From the NCBI RefSeq assembly GCF_009914755.1, contig NC_060935.1: a stretch of 64,000 nt of DNA; one strand, 5' to 3'. A program made the translations under genes and the position numbers. Shown here piece by piece: positions 1 through 12,722 of the stretch (the stretch's first letter is position 1; every line of letters starts with the position of its first letter). Source of the DNA: the human T2T-CHM13v2.0 reference genome, Homo sapiens. Under the pieces are notes generated by a model that worked only from the letters and a program-made list of their open reading frames with translations, did not search any database and had not been told where the DNA came from.

Positions 1-156
1 AAATAACTTCATCTAAAAACCAAACGGAAGCATTCACAGACAATTCTTAGTGATCATTGCATTGAACTAACAGAGCTGAACATTCCTTTAGATGGCGCAG
101 TTTCCAAACACACTTTCTGTAGAATCTGCAAGTGGATATTTGGACCTCTCTGAGGA

Positions 157-173
157 TTTCGTTGGAAACGGGA
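157..173 (+). promoter_or_regulatory. Canonical CENP-B box 1 (TTTCGTTGGAAACGGGA), repeated every ~850 bp
   Basis: Matches the 17-bp consensus YTTCGTTGGAARCGGGA, with all 9 core bases of NTTCGNNNNANNCGGGN present. Confidence 0.97.
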
Positions 174-323
174 TAAACTTCCCAGAACTACACGGAAGCA
201 TGCTGAGAAACTTCTTTGTGATGTTTGCATTCAACTCACAGAGTTGAACCTTGCTTTCATAGTTCAGCTTTCAAACACTCTTTTTGTAGAATCTGCAAGT
301 GGATATTTGGACCACTTTGTGGC

Positions 324-340
324 CTTCCTTCGAAACGGGT
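324..340 (+). promoter_or_regulatory. Degenerate CENP-B-box position (CTTCCTTCGAAACGGGT), probably non-binding; repeated every ~850 bp
   Basis: Occupies the box position, 167 bp after box 1. The core TTCG is TTCC, while the right half (A..CGGG) is retained. Loss of binding is inferred from the 9-base core rule. Confidence 0.8.
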
Positions 341-494
341 ATATCTTCACATCAAACCTAGACAGAAGCATTCTCAGAATGTTTCCTGTGATGACTGCAT
401 TCAACTCACAGAGGTGAACAATCCTGCTGATGGAGCAATTTTGAAACTCTCTTTCTTTGGATTCTGCAAGTGGATATGTGGACCTCTGTGAAGA

Positions 495-511
495 TTTCGT
501 TGGAAACGGGT
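495..511 (+). promoter_or_regulatory. Canonical-core CENP-B box 2 (TTTCGTTGGAAACGGGT), repeated every ~850 bp
   Basis: All 9 core bases are intact; only the last, non-core base differs from the consensus. Confidence 0.95.
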
Positions 512-626
512 TCATCTTCACAGAAAAACTAAACAGAAGCATTCTCAGAAACTGCTTTGTGATGTTTGTGTTCCACTTCAGGAATTGAACTTTCCTCTTG
601 ACAGAGCAGCTCTGAAACCCTCTTAT

Positions 627-632
627 TCTAGA
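627..632. other. HOR-defining XbaI site (TCTAGA), one per 850-bp unit in most copies
   Basis: TCTAGA at 627, 1477, 2327, ... This agrees with the classical 0.85-kb XbaI description of D11Z1. Confidence 0.9.
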
Positions 633-665
633 ATCTGCAAGTGGACATTTGGAGGGGTTTGAGGC

Positions 666-682
666 CTGTGGTGGAAAAGGAA
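666..682 (+). promoter_or_regulatory. A-type box (pJ-alpha-like) CTGTGGTGGAAAAGGAA
   Basis: Lies at the box-equivalent position, 171 bp after box 2. It has no CpG and carries the A-type ...GAAAAGGAA signature. Confidence 0.75.
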
Positions 683-835
683 AATCTTCACATAAAAACT
701 AGATGGAAGCATTCTCAGAAACTACTTTGTGATGATTGCATTCGACTCACAGAGTTGAACATTCCTATAGATAGAGCAGGTTGTAAACAATCTTTTTGTA
801 GAATCTGCGATTGGAGATTTGGACTGCTTTGAGGC

Positions 836-852
836 CTACTGTAGTAAAGGAA
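836..852 (+). promoter_or_regulatory. Divergent A-type box CTACTGTAGTAAAGGAA
   Basis: Lies at the box-equivalent position, 170 bp after the previous box and 171 bp before the next box 1 at 1007. It ends in the A-type AAAGGAA and has no CpG. Confidence 0.7.
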
Positions 853-3800
853 ATAACTTCATCTAAAAACCAAACGGAAGCATTCACAGACAATTCTTAG
901 TGATCATTGCATTGAACTAACAGAGCTGAACATTCCTTTAGATGGAGCAGTTTCCAAACACACTTTCTGTAGAACCTGCAAGTGGATATTTGGACCTCTC
1001 TGAGGATTTCGTTGGAAACGGGATAAACTTCCCAGAGCTACACGGAAGCATTGTGAGAAACTTCTTTGTGATGTTTGCATTCAACTCACAGAGTTGAACC
1101 TTGCTTTCATAGTTCAGCTTTCAAACACTCTTTTTGTAGAATCTGCAAGTGGATATTTGGACCACTTTGTGGCCTTCCTTCGAAACGGGTATATCTTCAC
1201 ATCAAACCTAGACAGAAGCATTCTCAGAATGTTTCCTGTGATGACTGCATTCAACTCACAGAGGTGAACAATTCTGCTGATGGAGCAGTTTTGAAACTCT
1301 CTTTCTTTGGATTCTGCAAGTGGATATGTGGACCTCTATGAAGATTTCGTTGGAAACGGGTTCATCTTCACAGAAAAACTAAACAGAAACATTCTCACAA
1401 ACTGCTTTGTGATGTTTGTGTTCCACTTCAGGAATTGAACTTTCCTCTTGACAGAGCAGCTCTGAAACCCTCTTTTTCTAGAATCTGCAAGTGGACATTT
1501 GGAGGGCTTTGAGGCCTGTGGTGGAAAAGGAAAATCTTCACATAAAAACTAGATGGAAGCATTCTCACAAACTACTTTGTGATGATTGCATTCGACTCAC
1601 AGAGTTGAACATTCCTATAGATAGAGCAGGTTGTAAACAATCTTTTTGTAGAATCTGCGATTGGAGATTTGGACTGCTTTGAGGCCTACTGTAGTAAAGG
1701 AAATAACTTCATCTAAAAACCAAACGGAAGCATTCACAGACAATTCTTAGTGATCATTGGATTGAACTAACAGAGCTGAACATTCCTTTAGATGGCGCAG
1801 TTTCCAAACACACTTTCTGTAGAATCTGCAAGTGGATATTTGGACTTCTCTGAGGATTTCGTTGGAAACGGGATAAATTTCCCAGAACTACACGGAAGCA
1901 TTGTGAGAAACTTCTTTGTGATGTTTGCATTCAACTCACAGAGTTGAACCTTGCTTTCATAGTTCAGCTTTCAAACCCTCTTTTTGTAGAATCTGCAAGG
2001 GGATATTTGGGCCACTTTGGGGCCTTCCTTCGAAACGGGTATATCTTCACATCAAACCTAGACAGAAGCATTCTCAGAATGTTTCCTGTGATGACTGCAT
2101 TCAACTCACAGAGGTGAACAATCCTGCTGATGGAGCAGTTTTGAAACTCTCTTTCTTTGGATTCTGCAAGTGGATATGTGGACCTCTGTGAAGATTTCGT
2201 TGGAAACGGGTTCATCTTCACAGAAAAACTAAACAGGAGCATTCTCAGAAACTGCTTTGTGATGTTTGTGTTCCACTTCAAGAATTGAACTTTCCTCTTG
2301 ACAGAGCAGCTCTGAAACCCTATTTTTCTAGAATCTGCAAGTGGACATTTGGAGGGCTTTGAGGCCTGTGGTGGAAAAGGAAAATCTTCACATAAAAACT
2401 AGATGGAAGCATTCTCAGAAACTACTTTGTGATGATTGCATTCGACTCACAGAGTTGAACATTCCTATAGATAGAGCAGGTTGTAAACAATCTTTTTCTA
2501 GAATCTGTGATTGGAGATTTGGACAGCTTTGAGGCCTACTGTAGTAAAGGAAATAACTTCATCTAAAAACCAAACGGAAGCATTCACAGACAATTCTTAG
2601 TGATCATTGGATTGAACTAACAGAGCTGAACATTCCTTTAGATGGAGCAGTTTCCAAACCCACTTTCTGTAGAATCTGCAAGTGGATATTTGGACTTCTC
2701 TGAGGATTTCGTTGGAAACGGGATAAACTTCCCAGAACTACAGGGAAGCATTGTGAGAAACTTCTTTGTGATGTTTGCATTCAACTCACAGAGTTGAACC
2801 TTGCTTTCATAGTTCAGCTTTCAAACACTCTTTTTGTAGAATCTGCAAGTGGATATTTAGACCACTTTGTGGCCTTCCTTCGAAACGGGTATATCTTCAC
2901 ATCAAACCTAGACAGAAGCATTCTCAGAATTTTTCCTGTGAAGACTGCATTCAACTCACAGAGATGAACAATCCTGTTGATGGAGCACTTTGGAAACTCT
3001 CTTTCTTGGGATTCTGCAAGTTGATATGTGGACCTCTGTGAAGATTTCGTTGGAAACGGGTTCATCTTCACAGAAAAACTAAACAGAAGCATTCTCAAAA
3101 ACTACTTTGCGATGTTTGTGTTCCACTTCAAGAATTGAACTTTCCTCTTGACAGAGCAGCTCTGAAAACCTCTTTTTCTAGAATCTGCAAGTGGACATTT
3201 GGAGGGCTTTGAGGCCTGTGGTGGAAAAGGAAAATCTTCACATAAAAACTAGATGGAAGCATTCTCAGAAACTACTTTGTGATGATTGCATTCGACTCAC
3301 AGAGTTGAACATTCCTATAGATAGAGCAGGTTGTAAACAATCTTTTTCTAGAATCTGCGATTGGAGATTTGGACTGCTTTGAGGCCTACTGTAGTAAAGG
3401 AAATAACTTCATCTAAAAACCAAACGGAAGCATTCACAGACAATTCTTAGTGATCATTGGATTGAACTAACACAGCTGAACATTCCTTTAGATGGAGCAG
3501 TTTCCAAACACACTTTCTGTAGAATCTGCAAGTGGATATTTGGACCACTCTGAGGATTTCGTTGGAAACGGGATAAACTTCCCAGAACTACACGGAAGCA
3601 TGCTGAGAAACTTCTTTGTGATGTTTGCATTCAACTCACAGAGTTGAACCTTGCTTTCATAGTTCAGCTTTCAAACACTCTTTTTGTAGAATCTGCAAGT
3701 GGATATTTGGACCACTTTGTGGCCTTCCTTCGAAACGGGTATATCTTCACATCAAACCTAGACAGAAGCATTCTCAGAATGTTTCCTGTGATGACTGCAT

Positions 3801-6800
3801 TCAACTCACAGAGGTGAACAATCCTGCTGATGGAGCAGTTTTGAAACTCTCTTTCTTTGGATTCTGCAAGTGGATATGTGGACCTCTGTGAAGATTTCGT
3901 TGGAAACGGGTTCATCTTCACAGAAAAACTAAACAGGAGCATTCTCAGAAAGTGCTTTGTGATGTTTGTGTTCCACTTCAGGAATTGAACTTTCCTCTTG
4001 ACAGAGCAGCTCTGAAACCCTCTTTTTCTAGAATCTGCAAGTGGACATTTGGAGGGCTTTGAGGCCTGTGGTGGAAAAGGAAAATCTTCACATAAAAACT
4101 AGATGGAAGCATTCTCAGAAACTACTTTGTGATGATTGCATTCGACTCACAGAGTTGAATATTCCTATAGATAGAGCAGGTTGTAAACAATCTTTTTGTA
4201 GAATCTGCGATTGGAGATTTGGACTGCTTTGAGGCCTACTGTAGTAAAGGAAATAACTTCATCTAAAAACCAAACGGAAGCATTCACAGACAATTCTTAG
4301 TGATCATTGGATTGAACTAACAGAGTTGAACATTCCTTTAGATGGCGCAGTCTCCAAACACACTTTCTGTAGAATCTGCAAGTGGATATTTGGACTTCTC
4401 TGAGGATTTCGTTGGAAACGGGATAAACTTCCCAGAACTACACGGAAGCATTGTGAGAAACTTCTTTGTGATGTTTGCATTCAACTCACAGAGTTGAACC
4501 TTGCTTTCATAGTTCAGCTTTCAAACCCTCTTTTTGTAGAATCTGCAAGTGGATATTTGGGCCACTTTGTGGCCTTCCTTCGAAACGGGTATATCTTCAC
4601 ATCAAACCTAGACAGAAGCATTCTCAGAATGTTTCCTGTGATGACTGCATTCAACTCACAGAGGTGAACAATCCTGCTGATGGAGCAGTTTTGAAACTCT
4701 CTTTCTTTGGATTCTGCAAGTGGATATGTGGACCTCTGTGAAGATTTCGTTGGAAACGGGTTCATCTTCACAGAAAAACTAAACAGGAGCATTCTCAGAA
4801 ACTGCTTTGTGATGTTTGTGTTCCACTTCAAGAATTGAACTTTCCTCTTGACAGAGCAGCTCTGAAACCCTATTTTTCTAGAATCTGCAAGTGGACATTT
4901 GGAGGGCTTTGAGGCCTGTGGTGGAAAAGGAAAATCTTCACATAAAAACTAGATGGAAGCATTCTCAGAAACTACTTTGTGATGATTGCATTCGACTCAC
5001 AGAGTTGAACATTCCTATAGATAGAGCAGGTTGTAAACAATCTTTTTCTAGAATCTGCGATTGGAGATTTGGACTGCTTTGAGGCCTACTGTAGTAAAGG
5101 AAATAACTTCATCTAAAAACCAAACGGAAGCATTCACAGACAATTCTTAGTGATCATTGGATTGAACTAACACAGCTGAACATTCCTTTAGATGGAGCAG
5201 TTTCCAAACACACTTTCTGTAGAATCTGCAAGTGGATATTTGGACCACTCTGAGGATTTCGTTGGAAACGGGATAAACTTCCCAGAACTACACGGAAGCA
5301 TTCTGAGAAACTTCTTTGTGATGTTTGCATTCAACTCACAGAGTTGAACCTTGCTTTCATAGTTCAGCTTTCAAACACTCTTTTTGTAGAATCTGCAAGT
5401 GGATATTTGGACCACTTTGTGGCCTTCCTTCGAAACGGGTATATCTTCACATCAAACCTAGACAGAAGCATTCTCAGAATGTTTCCTGTGATGACTGCAT
5501 TCAACTCACAGAGGTGAACAATCCTGCTGATGGAGCAGTTTTGAAACTCTCTTTCTTTGGATTCTGCAAGTGGATATGTGGACCTCTGTGAAGATTTCGT
5601 TGGAAACGGGTTCATCTTCACAGAAAAACTAAACAGAAGCATTCTCAGAAACTGCTTTGTGATGTTTGTGTTCCACTTCAGGAATTGAACTTTCCTCTTG
5701 ACAGAGCAGCTCTGAAACCCTCTTATTCTATAATCTGCAAGTGGACATTTGGAGTGCTTTGAGTCCTGTGGTGGAAAAGGAAAATCTTCACATAAAAACT
5801 AGATGGAAGCATTCTCAGAAACTACTTTGTGATGATTGCATTCGACTCACAGAGTTGAACATTCCTATAGATAGAGCAGGTTGTAAACAATCTTTTTGTA
5901 GAAAATGCGATTGGAGATTTGGACTGCTTTGAGGCCTACTGTAGTAAAGGAAATAACTTCATCTAAAAACCAAACGGAAGCATTCACAGACAATTCTTAG
6001 TGATCATTGGATTGAACTAACAGAGCTGAACATTCCTTTAGATGGCGCAGTTTCCAAACCCACTTTCTGTAGAATCTGCAAGTGGATATTTGGACTTCTC
6101 TGAGGATTTCGTTGGAAACGGGATAAACTTCCCAGAACTACACGGAAGCATTGTGAGAAACTTCTTTGTGATGTTTGCATTCAACTCACAGAGTTGAACC
6201 TTGCTTTCATAGTTCAGCTTTCAAACACTCTTTTTGTAGAATCTGCAAGTGGATATTTGGACCACTTTGTGGCCTTCCTTCGAAACGGGTATATCTTCAC
6301 ATCAAACCTAGACAGAAGCATTCTCAGAATGTTTCCTGTGATGACTGCATTCAACTCACAGAGGTGAACAATCCTGCTGATGGAGCAGTTTTGAAACTCT
6401 CTTTCTTTGGATTCTACAAGTGGATATGTGGACCTCTGTGAAGATTTCGTTGGAAACGGGTTCATCTTCACAGAAAAACTAAACAGAAGCATTCTCAGAA
6501 ACTGCTTTGTGATGTTTGTGTTCCACTTCAGGAATTGAACATTCCTCTTGACAGAGCAGCTCTGAAACCCTCTTATTCTAGAATCTGCAAGTGGACATTT
6601 GGAGGGCTTTGAGGCCTGTGGTGGAAAAGGAAAATCTTCACATAAAAACTAGATGGAAGCATTCTCAGAAACTACTTTGTGATGATTGCATTCGACTCAG
6701 AGTTGAACATTCCTATAGATAGAGCAGGTTGTAAACAATCTTTTTGTAGAATCTGCGATTGGAGATTCGGACTGCTTTGAGGCCTACTGTAGTAAAGGAA

Positions 6801-8778
6801 ATAACTTCATCTAAAAACCAAACGGAAGCATTCACAGACAATTCTTAGTGATCATTGCATTGAACTAACAGAGCTGAACATTCCTTTACATGGCGCAGTT
6901 TCCAAACACACTTTCTGTAGAATCTGCAAGTGGATATTTGGACCTCTCTGAGGATTTCGTTGGAAACGGGATAAACTTCCCAGAACTACACGGAAGCATT
7001 GTGAGAAACTTCTTTGTGATGTTTGCATTCAACTCACAGAGTTGAACCTTGCTTTCATAGTTCAGCTTTCAAACACTTTTTTTGTAGAATCTGCAAGTGG
7101 ATATTTGGACCACTTTGTGGCCTTCCTTCGAAACGGGTATATCTTCACATCAAACCTAGACAGAAGCATTCTCAGAATGTTTCCTGTGATGACTGCATTC
7201 AACTCACAGAGGTGAACAATCCTGCTGATGGAGGAGTTTTGAAACTCTCTTTCTTTGGATTCTGCAAGTGGATATGTGGACCTCTGTGAAGATTTCGTTG
7301 GAAACGGGTTCATCTTCACAGAAAAACTAAACAGAAGCATTCTCAGAAACTGCTTTGTGATGTTTGTGTTCCACTTCAGGAATTGAACTTTCCTCTTGAC
7401 AGAGCAGCTCTGAAACCCTCTTATTCTAGAATCTGCAAGTGGACATTTGGAGGGCTTTGAGGCCTGTGGTGGAAAAGGAAAATCTTCACATAAAAACTAG
7501 ATGGAAGCATTCTCAGAAACTACTTTGTGATGATTGCATTCGACTCACAGAGTTGAACATTCCTATAGATAGAGCAGGTTGTAAACAATCTTTTTCTAGA
7601 ATCTGCGATTGGAGATTTGGACAGCTTTGAGGCCTACTGTAGTAAAGGAAATAACTTCATCTAAAAACCAAACGGAAGCATTCACAGACAATTCTTAGTG
7701 ATCATTGGATTGAACTAACAGAGCTGAACATTCCTTTAGATGGAGCAGTTTCCAAACCCACTTTCTGTAGAATCTGCAAGTGGATATTTGGACTTCTCTG
7801 AGGATTTCGTTGGAAACGGGATAAACTTCCCAGAACTACAGGGAAGCATTGTGAGAAACTTCTTTGTGATGTTTGCATTCAACTCACAGAGTTGAACCTT
7901 GCTTTTATAGTTCAGCTTTCAAACACTCTTTTTGTAGAATCTGCAAGTGGATATTTGGACCACTTTGTGGCCTTCCTTCGAAACGGGTATATCTTCACAT
8001 CAAACCTAGACATAAGCATTCTCAGAATGTTTCCTGTGAAGACTGCATTCAACTCACAGAGGTGAACAATCCTGCTGATGGAGCAGTTTTGAAACTCTCT
8101 TTCTTTGGATTCTGCATGTGGATATGTTGACCTCTGTGAAGATTTCGTTGGAAACGGGTTCATCTTCACAGAAAAACTAAACAGGAGCATTCTCAGAAAC
8201 TGCTTTGTGATGTTTGTGTTCCACTTCAAGAATTGAACTTTCCTCTTGACAGAGCAGCTCTGAAACCCTCTTTTTCTAGAATCTGCAAGTGGACATTTGG
8301 AAGGATTTGAGGCCTGTGGTGGAAAAGGAAAATCTTCACATAAAAACTAGATGGAAGCATTCTCAGAAACTACTTTGTGATGATTGCATTCGACGCACAG
8401 AGTTGAACATTCCTATAGAGAGAGCAGGTTGTAAACAATCTTTTTGTAGAATCTGCGATTGGAGATTTGGACTGCTTTGAGGCTTACTGTAGTAAAGGAA
8501 ATAACTTCATCTAAAAACCAAACGGAAGCATTCACAGACAATTCTTAGTGATCATTGGATTGAGCTAACAGAGCTGAACATTCCTTTAGATGGAGCAGTT
8601 TCCAAACCCACTTTCTGTAGAATCTGCAAGTGGATATTTGTACTTCTCTGAGGATTTCGTTGGAAACGGGATAAACTTCCCAGAACTACACGGAAGCATT
8701 GTGAGAAACTTCTTTGTGATGTTTGCATTCAACTCACAGAGTTGAACCTTGCTTTCATAGTTCAGCTTTCAAACACTC

Positions 8779-11700
8779 TTTTTGTAGAATCTGCAAGTGG
8801 ATATTTGGACCACTTTGTGGCCTTCCTTCGAAACGGGTATATCTTCACATCAAACCTAGACAGAAGCATTCTCAGAATGTTTCCTGTGATGACTGCATTC
8901 AACTCACAGAGGTGAACAATCCTGCTGATGGAGGAGTTTTGAAACTCTCTTTCTTTGGATTCTGCAAGTGGATATGTGGACCTCTGTGAAGATTTCGTTG
9001 GAAACGGGTTCATCTTCACAGAAAAACTAAACAGAAGCATTCTCAGAAACTGCTTTGTGATGTTTGTGTTCCACTTCAGGAATTGAACTTTCCTCTTGAC
9101 AGAGCAGCTCTGAAACCCTCTTATTCTAGAATCTGCAAGTGGACATTTGGAGGGCTTTGAGGCCTGTGGTGGAAAAGGAAAATCTTCACATAAAAACTAG
9201 ATGGAAGCATTCTCAGAAACTACTTTGTGATGATTGCATTCGACTCACAGAGTTGAACATTCCTATAGATAGAGCAGGTTGTAAACAATCTTTTTGTAGA
9301 ATCTGCGATTGGAGATTTGGACTGCTTTGAGGCCTACTGTAGTAAAGGAAATAACTTCATCTAAAAACCAAACGGAAGCATTCACAGACAATTCTTAGTG
9401 ATCATTGCATTGAACTAACAGAGCTGAACATTCCTTTAGATGGCGCAGTTTCCAAACACACTTTCTGTAGAATCTGCAAGTGGATATTTGGACTTCTCTG
9501 AGGATTTCGTTGGAAACGGGATAAACTTCCCAGAACTACACGGAAGCATTGTGAGAAACTTCTTTGTGATGTTTGCATTCAACTCACAGAGTTGAAACTT
9601 GCTTTCATAGTTCAGCTTTCAAACACTCTTTTTGTAGAATCTGCAAGTGGATATTTGGACCACTTTGTGGCCTTCCTTCGAAACGGGTATATCTTCACAT
9701 CAAACCTAGACATAAGCATTCTCAGAATGTTTCCTGTGAAGACTGCATTCAACTCACAGAGATGAACAATCCTGTTGATGGAGCACTTTGGAAACTCTCT
9801 TTCTTTGGATTCTGCAAGTTGATATGTGGACTTCTGTGAAGATTTCGTTGGAAACGGGTTCATCTTCACAGAAAAACTAAACAGAAGCATTCTCAAAAAC
9901 TACTTTGTGATGTTTGTGTTCCACTTCAAGAATTGAACTTTCCTCTTGACAGAGCAGTTCTGAAAACCTCTTTTTCTAGAATCTGCAAGTGGACATTTGG
10001 AGGGCTTTGAGGCCTGTGGTGGAAAAGGAAATTCTTCACATAAAAACTAGATGGAAGCATTCTCAGAAACTACTTTGTGATGATTGCATTCGACTCACAG
10101 AGTTGAACATTCCTATAGATAGAGCAGGTTGTAAACAATCTTTTTGTAGAATCTGCGATTGGAGATTCGGACTGCTTTGAGGCCTACTGTAGTAAAGGAA
10201 ATAACTTCATCTAAAAACCAAACGGAAGCATTCACAGACAATTCTTAGTGATCATTGCATTGAACTAACAGAGCTGAACATTCCTTTACATGGCGCAGTT
10301 TCCAAACACACTTTCTGTAGAATCTGCAAGTGGATATTTGGACCTCTCTGAGGATTTCGTTGGAAACGGGATAAACTTCCCAGAACTACACGGAAGCATT
10401 GTGAGAAACTTCTTTGTGATGTTTGCATTCAACTCACAGAGTTGAACCTTGCTTTCATAGTTCAGCTTTCAAACACTTTTTTTGTAGAATCTGCAAGTGG
10501 ATATTTGGACCACTTTGTGGCCTTCCTTCGAAACGGGTATATCTTCACATCAAACCTAGACAGAAGCATTCTCAGAATGTTTCCTGTGATGACTGCATTC
10601 AACTCACAGAGGTGAACAATCCTGCTGATGGAGGAGTTTTGAAACTCTCTTTCTTTGGATTCTGCAAGTGGATATGTGGACCTCTGTGAAGATTTCGTTG
10701 GAAACGGGTTCATCTTCACAGAAAAACTAAACAGAAGCATTCTCAGAAACTGCTTTGTGATGTTTGTGTTCCACTTCAGGAATTGAACTTTCCTCTTGAC
10801 AGAGCAGCTCTGAAACCCTCTTATTCTAGAATCTGCAAGTGGACATTTGGAGGGCTTTGAGGCCTGTGGTGGAAAAGGAAAATCTTCACATAAAAACTAG
10901 ATGGAAGCATTCTCAGAAACTACTTTGTGATGATTGCATTCGACTCACAGAGTTGAACATTCCTATAGATAGAGCAGGTTGTAAACAATCTTTTTGTAGA
11001 ATCTGCGATTGGAGATTTGGACTGCTTTGAGGCCTACTGTAGTAAAGGAAATAACTTCATCTAAAAACCAAACGGAAGCATTCACAGACAATTCTTAGTG
11101 ATCATTGCATTGAACTAACAGAGCTGAACATTCCTTTAGATGGCGCAGTTTCCAAACACACTTTCTGTAGAATCTGCAAGTGGATATTTGGACTTCTCTG
11201 AGGATTTCGTTGGAAACGGGATAAACTTCCCAGAACTACACGGAAGCATTGTGAGAAACTTCTTTGTGATGTTTGCATTCAACTCACAGAGTTGAAACTT
11301 GCTTTCATAGTTCAGCTTTCAAACACTCTTTTTGTAGAATCTGCAAGTGGATATTTGGACCACTTTGTGGCCTTCCTTCGAAACGGGTATATCTTCACAT
11401 CAAACCTAGACATAAGCATTCTCAGAATGTTTCCTGTGAAGACTGCATTCAACTCACAGAGATGAACAATCCTGTTGATGGAGCACTTTGGAAACTCTCT
11501 TTCTTTGGATTCTGCAAGTTGATATGTGGACTTCTGTGAAGATTTCGTTGGAAACGGGTTCATCTTCACAGAAAAACTAAACAGAAGCATTCTCAAAAAC
11601 TACTTTGTGATGTTTGTGTTCCACTTCAAGAATTGAACTTTCCTCTTGACAGAGCAGTTCTGAAAACCTCTTTTTCTAGAATCTGCAAGTGGACATTTGG

Positions 11701-12722
11701 AGGGCTTTGAGGCCTGTGGTGGAAAAGGAAATTCTTCACATAAAAACTAGATGGAAGCATTCTCAGAAACTACTTTGTGATGATTGCATTCGACTCACAG
11801 AGTTGAACATTCCTATAGATAGAGCAGGTTGTAAACAATCTTTTTGTAGAATCTGCGATTGGAGATTCGGACTGCTTTGAGGCCTACTGTAGTAAAGGAA
11901 ATAACTTCATCTAAAAACCAAACGGAAGCATTCACAGACAATTCTTAGTGATCATTGCATTGAACTAACAGAGCTGAACATTCCTTTACATGGCGCAGTT
12001 TCCAAACACACTTTCTGTAGAATCTGCAAGTGGATATTTGGACCTCTCTGAGGATTTCGTTGGAAACGGGATAAACTTCCCAGAACTACACGGAAGCATT
12101 GTGAGAAACTTCTTTGTGATGTTTGCATTCAACTCACAGAGTTGAACCTTGCTTTCATAGTTCAGCTTTCAAACACTTTTTTTGTAGAATCTGCAAGTGG
12201 ATATTTGGACCACTTTGTGGCCTTCCTTCGAAACGGGTATATCTTCACATCAAACCTAGACAGAAGCATTCTCAGAATGTTTCCTGTGATGACTGCATTC
12301 AACTCACAGAGGTGAACAATCCTGCTGATGGAGGAGTTTTGAAACTCTCTTTCTTTGGATTCTGCAAGTGGATATGTGGACCTCTGTGAAGATTTCGTTG
12401 GAAACGGGTTCATCTTCACAGAAAAACTAAACAGAAGCATTCTCAGAAACTGCTTTGTGATGTTTGTGTTCCACTTCAGGAATTGAACTTTCCTCTTGAC
12501 AGAGCAGCTCTGAAACCCTCTTATTCTAGAATCTGCAAGTGGACATTTGGAGGGCTTTGAGGCCTGTGGTGGAAAAGGAAAATCTTCACATAAAAACTAG
12601 ATGGAAGCATTCTCAGAAACTACTTTGTGATGATTGCATTCGACTCACAGAGTTGAACATTCCTATAGATAGAGCAGGTTGTAAACAATCTTTTTGTAGA
12701 ATCTGCGATTGGAGATTTGGAC
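8779..12722 (+). repeat. Tandem 2-HOR (1,700-bp) duplication inside copy A
   Basis: 8779-11022 reads identical to 10479-12722. The bounding mismatches are C8778/T10478 and T11023/A12723. Confidence 0.88.

Larger units (their letters stand above)
31..880 (+). repeat. Representative HOR unit of five monomers (31-198, 199-368, 369-539, 540-709, 710-880)
   Basis: The CAT of the AAGCAT landmark recurs at 31, 199, 369, 540, 710 and 881, giving lengths of 168, 170, 171, 170 and 171 bp (sum 850). Monomers within a unit are visibly divergent from each other, while equivalent monomers of neighbouring HORs differ at only a few positions. Confidence 0.95.

Noticed and set aside
225-832. Cys/His-rich ORF motifs (CRIC, CDDC) resembling zinc fingers
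   Set aside because: These come from the TGT/TGC-rich monomer motifs (TGTAGAATCTGC, TGTGATGA). The spacing does not fit a zinc-finger family and nothing suggests coding constraint.
764-906. Short palindromes (CTATAG, AGGCCT, CTACTGTAG, TGATCA) as cruciforms or terminators
   Set aside because: The arms are only 3-4 bp, which is expected by chance and too short for a stable structure.
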